A stretch of 63,901 bases of DNA, filler included, from an uncultured bacterium (GTDB lineage: Bacteria > CAZSTA01), in the NCBI GenBank assembly GCA_964609495.1. It is 3 parts of 3 records of this genome, joined end to end, with 100 filler letters (N's around TTAATTAATTAA, not from the genome) between each part and the next. Parts side by side here need not be neighbours in the genome. Positions count along the whole stretch, not along the records: positions 47,106 to 63,901 come from CAZSTA010000067.1; 2 more parts are not named here. One strand, 5' to 3'. Shown here piece after piece: positions 56,814-63,901 of this stretch. The notes under the pieces were generated by a model. The model worked only from the letters and a program-made list of their open reading frames with translations, searched no databases and had not been told where the DNA came from. Position numbers and translations under genes: made by a program. How positions within the stretch are numbered: position 1 is the stretch's first letter; the number at the start of each line of letters is the position of its first letter.

Positions 56814-57641
56814 TTATCTTTCTACCGGTAATTCCACATCCTCATCAGTTCCACCCTCTTGCTTTACAAGATCAGCCGCCCATTTCGTATCGCACAAGGT
56901 CGCGGGGATATAAGGAAATTTCTCTGTAGAGCCAGGGGTAATAGCGTGTCCATCTGAACCGATAACGATCTTCGCTCCTGCTCTCAATAATTCCTTCACC
57001 AAAAGATGATAGGTATCAGCAAGCCCCATGCTTCTCCAAACCCAAAAGTGGGAGAAGCAATTTGATACCTCCACTATTGTATTGGTCTGGGCGGCAACCT
57101 CGGCGAACTCTCGAAGGTAGCCATCTGGTAGCTCATCGAGTCGCTCTATCATAGATCTAGGAGCATCCCAAGGATGAAGTATAACTCTCACCTCGGGATT
57201 CCTAGCCGCTTCGAGCAACATCCGATGGCAATAGTCTATCGGATCATCTTCGCAAGGTATCTTGGGTAAGACTGACTTGCAATGAGGAGCGACACTTATA
57301 TAATCCAGCACCTCTTTTATCTCATCAAGTTTTGGGCAATCTATCTCCCCTTTGTCATCGGCTAACTCTATCTCACAGGAGAGATATATTTTGAGGGGCC
57401 AATTCCCTTTATCGATCTCCTCGCGCGCGGAGAAGAAGTGATCAATACCTCTGCTCTCGAAGTAATGATCTGTTATCCCCAGATGAGTATAACCCCGCTT
57501 AGCATACTCCTCGACCGTCCTCTTAAGATCTAATTCTCCATCTGATCTATTCGTATGCAGGTGAAAATCTATAGTATCTAGTAGCAAATAGTCACCCCCC
57601 TCTCTATCTCCTATAATAAGGGATTTCTCTTGTTCGAACAA
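56814..57641 (-). CDS. PHP-domain metal-dependent hydrolase
   Basis: DFHLHTNRSDG, GITDH, ILHP, GSDGH. Confidence 0.88.
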   Translation of the reverse strand: MFEQEKSLIIGDREGGDYLLLDTIDFHLHTNRSDGELDLKRTVEEYAKRGYTHLGITDHYFESRGIDHFFSAREEIDKGNWPLKIYLSCEIELADDKGEIDCPKLDEIKEVLDYISVAPHCKSVLPKIPCEDDPIDYCHRMLLEAARNPEVRVILHPWDAPRSMIERLDELPDGYLREFAEVAAQTNTIVEVSNCFSHFWVWRSMGLADTYHLLVKELLRAGAKIVIGSDGHAITPGSTEKFPYIPATLCDTKWAADLVKQEGGTDEDVELPVER

Positions 57642-58239
57642 AGTAATCGGTCATCGTTGCTGGAACGAGGATACCTCCTATTCCCATCCCTCCTCTTCCC
57701 ATCTCCACCTCCACGATCTCCATATTCTGCACATCAGTAGAGGTAGTAATATATCTCTGCACATAATCGCCGACTAGAGGTCCCAGCATGTTAGCCCCGA
57801 TTATCGCTAATAAGATAAGACCTAGGCTGAATCGTCCCGTGCCAAGTATGATGAAGAGGAATAGCACTGAAGATAGCAGGTTGGCTACTGCGATGCTGGT
57901 GCCACAGCGACGATGAATGGCTAGGTCCTTATCTCCTCGAGACATCCTATTTAAACCTATCCTGGCGGCATTCTCGATAATCTGGGGAGGAACGGCCGAT
58001 CTGATGGTGAAACCATCAGAATGAGCTATACCACCCATCTGCTGAGGACCAAATTGCTCCTCAATCACATTGATCGTGGCATGCTCTAAAGCGTGATTGC
58101 GGCGAAGTCGTTTATCCCCTGCTATTTTAAATATCTGGGTTGGAGCACTAAGCAGAGTGAATATGGATTGAGCGAAGAATCCAGCCAGGATAAAGGGCAT
58201 TATCAACATAAGTAATATCAAAAGTGGAAATACTAACAC
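57604..58239 (-). CDS. Membrane protein, DUF6391-like
   Basis: RRNHALEHAT, LAIHRRCGT. Confidence 0.7.
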   Translation of the reverse strand: MLVFPLLILLMLIMPFILAGFFAQSIFTLLSAPTQIFKIAGDKRLRRNHALEHATINVIEEQFGPQQMGGIAHSDGFTIRSAVPPQIIENAARIGLNRMSRGDKDLAIHRRCGTSIAVANLLSSVLFLFIILGTGRFSLGLILLAIIGANMLGPLVGDYVQRYITTSTDVQNMEIVEVEMGRGGMGIGGILVPATMTDYFVRTREIPYYRR

Positions 58240-58243
58240 CTAT

Positions 58244-59179
58244 TCATCTCCTTCTTCCCAAGACCTCACCAACCTCTGGTCTGTAACCTCTGATGAACTC
58301 GCTTGTCTTCATCCTCCGCTTTCCAGCAGGTTGAAGCTCGGATATCGCCAGCATCCCTTCCCCTGTCGCCACCTTTAACTTCCCCTCTGCTATATCTATT
58401 ATCTCTCCTGGCAAGTGCTTCTCCGAGGAAGCGGTAATTACCTCAGCTTCCCCAATTATGATCCTTCTCCCTTTATAATAGGTAAAAGCAGGCGGATGGG
58501 GATCGAAAGCTCTGATCCTCCTCTCTATCGCGGGGGCAGGGAGCGACCAATCTATCAAAGTTTCGCCTTTGTCTATCTTATGAGCATAGGTAGCCTGGCT
58601 ATGATCCTGAGATATACGAGGCGCCCTTCCTTCCGCTATCAAGTCGATCGCCTTCAGCAATAATTCTGGGGCTAATCTGGATAATTTATCGTGTAAAGTT
58701 CCATAAGTTTCCTTGGGATCGATCTCTATCTCCTTCTGGAGGATTATGTCCCCTTCATCCAGCCCCTTTGCCATATACATAATCGTTATTCCGGTGACCT
58801 TCTCCCCATTTAAAATGACTTGCTGAATAGGGGCTGCACCCCGATAGCGAGGAAGCAAAGAGGCATGAACATTAATACATCCATACTTCGGGATCTCTAG
58901 GACAGGGTGCTTGAGTATCTGTCCAAAGGCCGCGACCGTTATCAGATCGGGTTTGAGACCCCTTAATTCCTCAACAATTTCGGAAGCCTTTTGGGGTTGG
59001 TTTATGGGAAGAGCATATCTCAAAGCCATCTCTTTGATGGGGGAGGATCTCATCTTATATCCTCTTCCGTGTGGTCTATCAGGTTGAGTCACGACCTTGA
59101 GCACCTGATGCTCACTCTCTATAAGGGCTTGTAGGGAAGGAACTGCGAAATCGGGGGTCCCCATAAAGACGATGCGCAT
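58244..59179 (-). CDS. fmt: Methionyl-tRNA formyltransferase
   Basis: MRIVFMGTPDFA, INVHASLLPRYRGAAPI. Confidence 0.97.
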   Translation of the reverse strand: MRIVFMGTPDFAVPSLQALIESEHQVLKVVTQPDRPHGRGYKMRSSPIKEMALRYALPINQPQKASEIVEELRGLKPDLITVAAFGQILKHPVLEIPKYGCINVHASLLPRYRGAAPIQQVILNGEKVTGITIMYMAKGLDEGDIILQKEIEIDPKETYGTLHDKLSRLAPELLLKAIDLIAEGRAPRISQDHSQATYAHKIDKGETLIDWSLPAPAIERRIRAFDPHPPAFTYYKGRRIIIGEAEVITASSEKHLPGEIIDIAEGKLKVATGEGMLAISELQPAGKRRMKTSEFIRGYRPEVGEVLGRRR

Positions 59180-59701
59180 TTAAGATATCACCCTGGCCTC
59201 TTTATCTTCTCTATTCTTTCTATGCCATCTCCTCATCTTCTTCTCGATCGTCTCTCTCATAGCTTGCCCGACTTTATCGATTATCAAAATCCCGTCCAAA
59301 TGCTCGATCTCGTGAACTAAAGCCCGAGCCTTTATATCACAAGCCTCGATAGTAACTTCTTCTCCCTCTGAATTTAACCCTTTAACTACGACTCTCTGAG
59401 GGCGACATATCTCCACCTCTATCTCAGGAAAACTCAAACATCCCTCCTCTAAGGTAGCTTCTCCCTCGCTCTCGATCAACTCGGGATTTATCAGGACGAT
59501 CAAATCCTCCTCAACATCAATGACGATTATTTGCTCCAATACTCCAACCTGAGGAGCCGCTAAACCAGCTCCGGGAGCGGCATACATAGTTTGGATCATA
59601 TCATCTATCAAGGCCTTGGTTCTTTCCGTGATATTCTCTACAGGCTTAGATTTCTTCCTTAGAATAGGATCTCCAAATTTTCGTATCTCCAGGATAGCCA
59701 T
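59180..59701 (-). CDS. def: Peptide deformylase
   Basis: GAGLAAPQVG, EGCLS, HEIEHLDG. Confidence 0.97.
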   Translation of the reverse strand: MAILEIRKFGDPILRKKSKPVENITERTKALIDDMIQTMYAAPGAGLAAPQVGVLEQIIVIDVEEDLIVLINPELIESEGEATLEEGCLSFPEIEVEICRPQRVVVKGLNSEGEEVTIEACDIKARALVHEIEHLDGILIIDKVGQAMRETIEKKMRRWHRKNREDKEARVIS

Positions 59702-59724
59702 TATCCAAACACTCCTTTGAAATT

Positions 59725-62193
59725 TTACATCATCCCTAAGGGATCAACATCTATTTCCAGCTTGACTCTCCCCAACGATGAGCCAATCCTTTTTAAACTC
59801 GACCTTATAAGGTCATTCATATCTTCGACCCTCTCCCCTTTGAGAGTTATCAGCCAGCGATAGCGGTTCTTGAGTTTAGCAAGAGGGGCTTGAGTTGGTC
59901 CCAATATCTCGATATCATCCAGCTCTTCCCTGACTTCGCTCAAAAAGAGCTTCATTCTCCCTGCCGCTTCTATCACTGCCTTCTCCTGAGGATGAGTGAG
60001 TAGTAAATTTATGAAGTGAGAAAAGGGGGGATATAGCAATTCTTCCCTTAATCTCATCTCTTGTTCGTAAAAAGTCTCATAATCGTGAGTCCTAGCCGCC
60101 AATATACTGTAGTGATCAGGGGCATAGGTCTGAATTATAACCTCTCCTAATTTGCTACCTCTTCCCGTTCGTCCCGCGACCTGAGTCAGAAGTTGGAAGG
60201 TTCTCTCCGCCGCTCTGAAGTCGGGTAAATTCAGGGCTGTATCAGCAGTTATTACTCCCACCGTAGTTACCTCGGGGAAGTCCAACCCCTTAGCGATTAT
60301 CTGCGTTCCTACTAGGATATCTATCTCCCTCTTCTTAAAAGATCCGAGCATAGAGCTATGAGCGCCCTTTCTGGTTGTAGTATCGGCATCTAACCGTAAT
60401 ACTCGACCTTGCGGAAATTTCCTCTTCAGCTCCTCTTCAACTCGCTGGGTTCCTATCCCAAAGTGGCGGATATATCTGCTCGAACATCTGGGACAGACAT
60501 CTGGCGCTTGTCGGGAATACCCACAGTGATGACAACGCAGATCTTTGTCGGTGAAGTGATAGGTAAGAGAGACTTGACAATGAGGACAGCGAGGGACATA
60601 TCCACACTCTCTGCACAGGATAAAGGAGGCATATCCTCGCCGATTGAGAAATAAGATCGCCTGCTCCTTCTCCTCAAGGCAGCGGTTAAGGGATTGGGTT
60701 AATCTTCGGCTGAAGATACTCCTATTACCTTGTTTCAACTCCTCTCGCATATCCACGATCTCGACTGCGGGGAGAGGTCTCGCCTCTATTCTCTCCGGCA
60801 GTATCGCGAAATCGTATCTTCCTTGCCCTGCGGAGAAGCGAGATTCTAGAGATGGCGTCGCGCCTCCTAAGATCACCACTGCACCCGATAATTCCGCTCT
60901 CTTTACCGCCACCTCTCGAGCATGGTAGCGCGGGACAGTATCCTGCTTGTAGGAGGTCTCATGCTCCTCATCTATAACGATTAACCCCAACCTCTTCAGA
61001 GGAGCGAAGATAGCACTACGAGCGCCAATAGCTATATCCGCCTCCCCTTCCTTGAGGCGACGCCATTGATCATATCTCTCCCCTATAGACAACTGACTAT
61101 GTAGGATCGCGATCCGTTCTCCAAAGCGGGAACGGAATCTCCCGATCATCTGAGGAGTAAGGGATATCTCTGGCACCAGGACTATAGCTTGCTTCCCTTG
61201 CTCCAACACCTTAGCTATAGCTCGGAGATAAACCTCCGTCTTACCGCTTCCAGTTACCCCTTGTAGGAGGATAACTCTACTATTTTCGTCCCTCAGTCCT
61301 TCCTCTATAAGCTGTTCGGCTTTATTTTGAGCCTCGGTCAGCTCGAAGTGCTGATCCTTCTCCACAAAGATTCCATCTATAAAAGGATTCCTCTTAACCT
61401 CGATCTTTTCTAGCAAGATCAATCCCTTTTCCTCCAAGGCTTTAAGAGGGGAGAGGGAGGTATCTGCCAATTCTAAAAGTTCAGATTTAAAATATCCATT
61501 AGGATTAGCGAGGAGTAACCTCAATATCTTAATTTGCTTATCTGCTCTCTTCAAAGATTTGATCTCATCCTCTATCTCTTCTGGATCCTTTGCTAATTTC
61601 ACTATATCTTTATATTTAACTTTGACTCCTTCATCTCCTAAGCGGGTTTCTATTCGGATTAGATCTTTCTCCTGTAAGGCTCTTAAAGAAGGATAGATAT
61701 CCTTTGCCTCTATCTGCTCGACTAATTTGTCTAACTCTATCTCCCTATATTTCTCTAATATCCTCAGAACCTTGGCTCTTCTAGGGGCTTTGCTTTCTAA
61801 GAAGGATATAACATCAAAGGGATTATCCGTATTTAGACGAACCACTCGATAACTTTTGATCCTGATCCCAGCAGGGATGGCTGCCTGAATCGCCTCTCCC
61901 CAAGAGCATAAATAATATTGAGCTATCCACTTGGTGAGCTTCAATATCTCATCATCTACCAGAGGTTTCTCATCTAAAACATCCTCTATCTCCTTGAGCT
62001 TCCCCTCCTCCAGCTCTGACTGATCGGCAAAATCAACAACATAGCCAGTAAACATCCTCGATCCAAAGGCTACTAGGACTCGCTTCCCCAAAGCCATCTC
62101 CATCTGTAAGTGAAGGGGAATGATATAGCTGAATAATTTATTTACAGGTAGAGGTATAGCTACTACAGCATATTTAGGAGATTTGTTGATCAT
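59725..62193 (-). CDS. priA: Primosomal protein N'
   Basis: GVTGSGKTEVY, DEEH, Zn-knuckle CxxC x4, QVAGRTGR. Confidence 0.97.
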   Translation of the reverse strand: MINKSPKYAVVAIPLPVNKLFSYIIPLHLQMEMALGKRVLVAFGSRMFTGYVVDFADQSELEEGKLKEIEDVLDEKPLVDDEILKLTKWIAQYYLCSWGEAIQAAIPAGIRIKSYRVVRLNTDNPFDVISFLESKAPRRAKVLRILEKYREIELDKLVEQIEAKDIYPSLRALQEKDLIRIETRLGDEGVKVKYKDIVKLAKDPEEIEDEIKSLKRADKQIKILRLLLANPNGYFKSELLELADTSLSPLKALEEKGLILLEKIEVKRNPFIDGIFVEKDQHFELTEAQNKAEQLIEEGLRDENSRVILLQGVTGSGKTEVYLRAIAKVLEQGKQAIVLVPEISLTPQMIGRFRSRFGERIAILHSQLSIGERYDQWRRLKEGEADIAIGARSAIFAPLKRLGLIVIDEEHETSYKQDTVPRYHAREVAVKRAELSGAVVILGGATPSLESRFSAGQGRYDFAILPERIEARPLPAVEIVDMREELKQGNRSIFSRRLTQSLNRCLEEKEQAILFLNRRGYASFILCRECGYVPRCPHCQVSLTYHFTDKDLRCHHCGYSRQAPDVCPRCSSRYIRHFGIGTQRVEEELKRKFPQGRVLRLDADTTTRKGAHSSMLGSFKKREIDILVGTQIIAKGLDFPEVTTVGVITADTALNLPDFRAAERTFQLLTQVAGRTGRGSKLGEVIIQTYAPDHYSILAARTHDYETFYEQEMRLREELLYPPFSHFINLLLTHPQEKAVIEAAGRMKLFLSEVREELDDIEILGPTQAPLAKLKNRYRWLITLKGERVEDMNDLIRSSLKRIGSSLGRVKLEIDVDPLGMM

Positions 62194-62224
62194 AAGCCAT
62201 CACACTCAATATATATCCCAATAC

Positions 62225-63700
62225 TTAATCGGGGGGAAGCTTCTCCTGTAATCTTCTCAAGATATCCCAATAAGCCCCTTTGTAACCTCTCCCGATAGCC
62301 TCTACCAACACCCTATTATCGTTATAGTTATAATTCTTGGCGGTATCCTCTCGAGCGGCGAAGAAGAAGCGCTCATCTTCACCTATCAACTCAGCTAGGT
62401 GAGATTCCATCTCCTCTCCTAGCTCAGGAGAGATGTAGAATATAGGCCACAATAGACCTTCATTACCCTCTACTTTACCGAAGAGACTCTTATTATCTCT
62501 GCTCACTCCCTCTCTTTGAACCATCTTCGCGAGAGGAGTCCCTGGGTAGATCCTAACCCCTGCGGATACTCCTACTCGATGAGGATCAAGGGCTTTCATC
62601 AACTCTATGGAATCTCGCAAGGTCTCTTTGGTCTCTCCTGGCCCACCTAGGAGCAGATCGAACATAAAGATGATATCATACTCGCGGCATATAGAGGCTG
62701 TCCTTCTTATATCAGATATGGTGAAATCCCTTCCTAAGTTTCGTAGTATCTCATCGCTTCCGCTATCGACTCCGAAGTCGATCCCCACACAACCAGCTTT
62801 CTTCATCAGAGAGGCTAACTTCTCGGAGAAGGGAAGGGGGCTGGCATAGGTATACCATCTTATCCTATCGCCCAAACCACTTCTGATTATCTCCTCACAA
62901 ACATCACGAGCATGCTCTTCAGGTAGATTAAATTCGCTATCACAGAGATGAAAGCGATCTATACCCATCTCCAAAAGATGCCTCAACTCCTCCACCACTT
63001 TAATCGGAGGGCGCAGTCTATATTTTCTCCCTTTGCTAACTGGATCAGCGCAATAGATGCACCTCTTCTCGCAACCTCGCTTAGTTTCTATACTCCCTTG
63101 ACCACCCTCTCGGAAATATCTTCCACTATCAACAGTTGTGCGTCTGGGGGATGGTAACTTGTCGAGATCGAGAAATTCGCATTTATTGCGAACGAATACT
63201 TCTCCCTCTCTGGACACCAGGTTGGGAACAGAGGTCAAATCCCTTCCCTCGTTTAAGGCTTCCAGAAAGAGAGGAAGGGAGAGCTCACCCTCTCCCTTTA
63301 TTCCCCAGTCTATCCCACAGTAATCCATTATCGCCTCTGGGATCAAGGAGAAGCCACATCCACCTAAGATTATAGGAGTATCCGTGACCTCCTTGATATA
63401 ACCGACAACCTCTTTAATCCAGGGAATAAATGATTGCTGGCTAGCATAGTAGGCATCATCTATATTGCGAATAGTTATCCCTACTGCGGAAACCTCTTGC
63501 CCTCCGAAATATCGGGCGATATCTCCCTTGATATCCTCCGAGAAGGCTAGATCTAGGATGTCTGCTTCATAACCTTTATCCCCTAAAGACGCGGCAATAT
63601 AGTCCAGGGCAAGGGGAGCAACAACAGGCTTCATCAGATTGGGGTTTATTAGGAGAATCCTTCTCAATTCGATCCCTCTTCTCCGAACTAGCATTTTCAT
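62225..63700 (-). CDS. B12-binding domain radical SAM protein
   Basis: N-terminal cobalamin-binding fold; RGCEKRCIYC; GGPGET. Confidence 0.9.
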   Translation of the reverse strand: MKMLVRRRGIELRRILLINPNLMKPVVAPLALDYIAASLGDKGYEADILDLAFSEDIKGDIARYFGGQEVSAVGITIRNIDDAYYASQQSFIPWIKEVVGYIKEVTDTPIILGGCGFSLIPEAIMDYCGIDWGIKGEGELSLPLFLEALNEGRDLTSVPNLVSREGEVFVRNKCEFLDLDKLPSPRRTTVDSGRYFREGGQGSIETKRGCEKRCIYCADPVSKGRKYRLRPPIKVVEELRHLLEMGIDRFHLCDSEFNLPEEHARDVCEEIIRSGLGDRIRWYTYASPLPFSEKLASLMKKAGCVGIDFGVDSGSDEILRNLGRDFTISDIRRTASICREYDIIFMFDLLLGGPGETKETLRDSIELMKALDPHRVGVSAGVRIYPGTPLAKMVQREGVSRDNKSLFGKVEGNEGLLWPIFYISPELGEEMESHLAELIGEDERFFFAAREDTAKNYNYNDNRVLVEAIGRGYKGAYWDILRRLQEKLPPD

Positions 63701-63900
63701 TTATTCGACATTCTCAGGACATCGCTATAGGTGGCAAATAACATCAGAAAGATCAGCAGAATTAGACCGATATATTGGATAAGTCCCTCCTTCTCGGGGT
63801 CCAACGGCTTCCCTCTTATAGCCTCTATCCCTAGAAGAAACAGATGCCCTCCATCCAGAATAGGAAGGGGAAGAATATTAAAGAATCCAAAAGCGGTGTT
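63697..63900 (-). CDS. rseP: RIP metalloprotease RseP, 3' part
   Basis: FNILPLPILDGGHL motif; translated by hand (not in the ORF track). Confidence 0.88.
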   Translation of the reverse strand, partial: NTAFGFFNILPLPILDGGHLFLLGIEAIRGKPLDPEKEGLIQYIGLILLIFLMLFATYSDVLRMSNK

Positions 63901-63901
63901 T

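Noticed and set aside
772-63375. Numerous short ORFs overlapping or antisense to the called genes
   Set aside because: Shadow ORFs of well-supported genes, with no motifs or RBS.
1-63901. tRNA, rRNA, prophage, integrase or intact transposase genes
   Set aside because: None recognised; intergenic regions lack cloverleaf/T-loop patterns and no ORF has recombinase or transposase motifs.

Overview
The window is three unrelated contigs (1-23517, 23618-47005, 47106-63901) joined by N-runs carrying an artificial TTAATTAATTAA linker, so adjacency across the gaps means nothing. It looks like chromosomal DNA of a moderate-GC bacterium, probably an uncultured lineage; I cannot assign the taxon. Core content includes dhaKL, cidA/lrgB, alaS, argG, hflKC, copZ, a sigma54-dependent two-component system, a type IV pilin, ABC transporters, gatC/gatA, a V/A-type ATPase operon with a Na+-binding c subunit, fmt-def-priA and rseP. 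No rRNA, tRNA, CRISPR array, integrase or intact transposase was seen. The most interesting signals are non-coding. (1) A canonical dif (XerC/XerD) site at 21589-21616 is preceded by three same-orientation XerD-arm sites. Two of them keep a XerC-like arm but have a collapsed 2-bp centre. Together the sites punctuate single genes of very different GC content (MFS, lipoprotein, methyltransferase, with an orphan hicB beyond dif), which suggests an integron-like cassette array built on Xer/dif sites. (2) There are two orphan IS200/IS605 tnpB 3' ends (omega-RNA-like), one with its own consensus promoter. (3) A RibD-C gene with a half attC site is lodged inside the V-ATPase operon. (4) A DNA methyltransferase-Mrr gene is bracketed by 25-bp direct repeats. 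(5) A multicopy palindromic MITE/REP family sits at contig breaks. (6) Several structured leaders occur, including a terminator/antiterminator unit before the MFS gene and a leader before the Na+ V-ATPase. All product names come from motif recognition by eye, not database searches.
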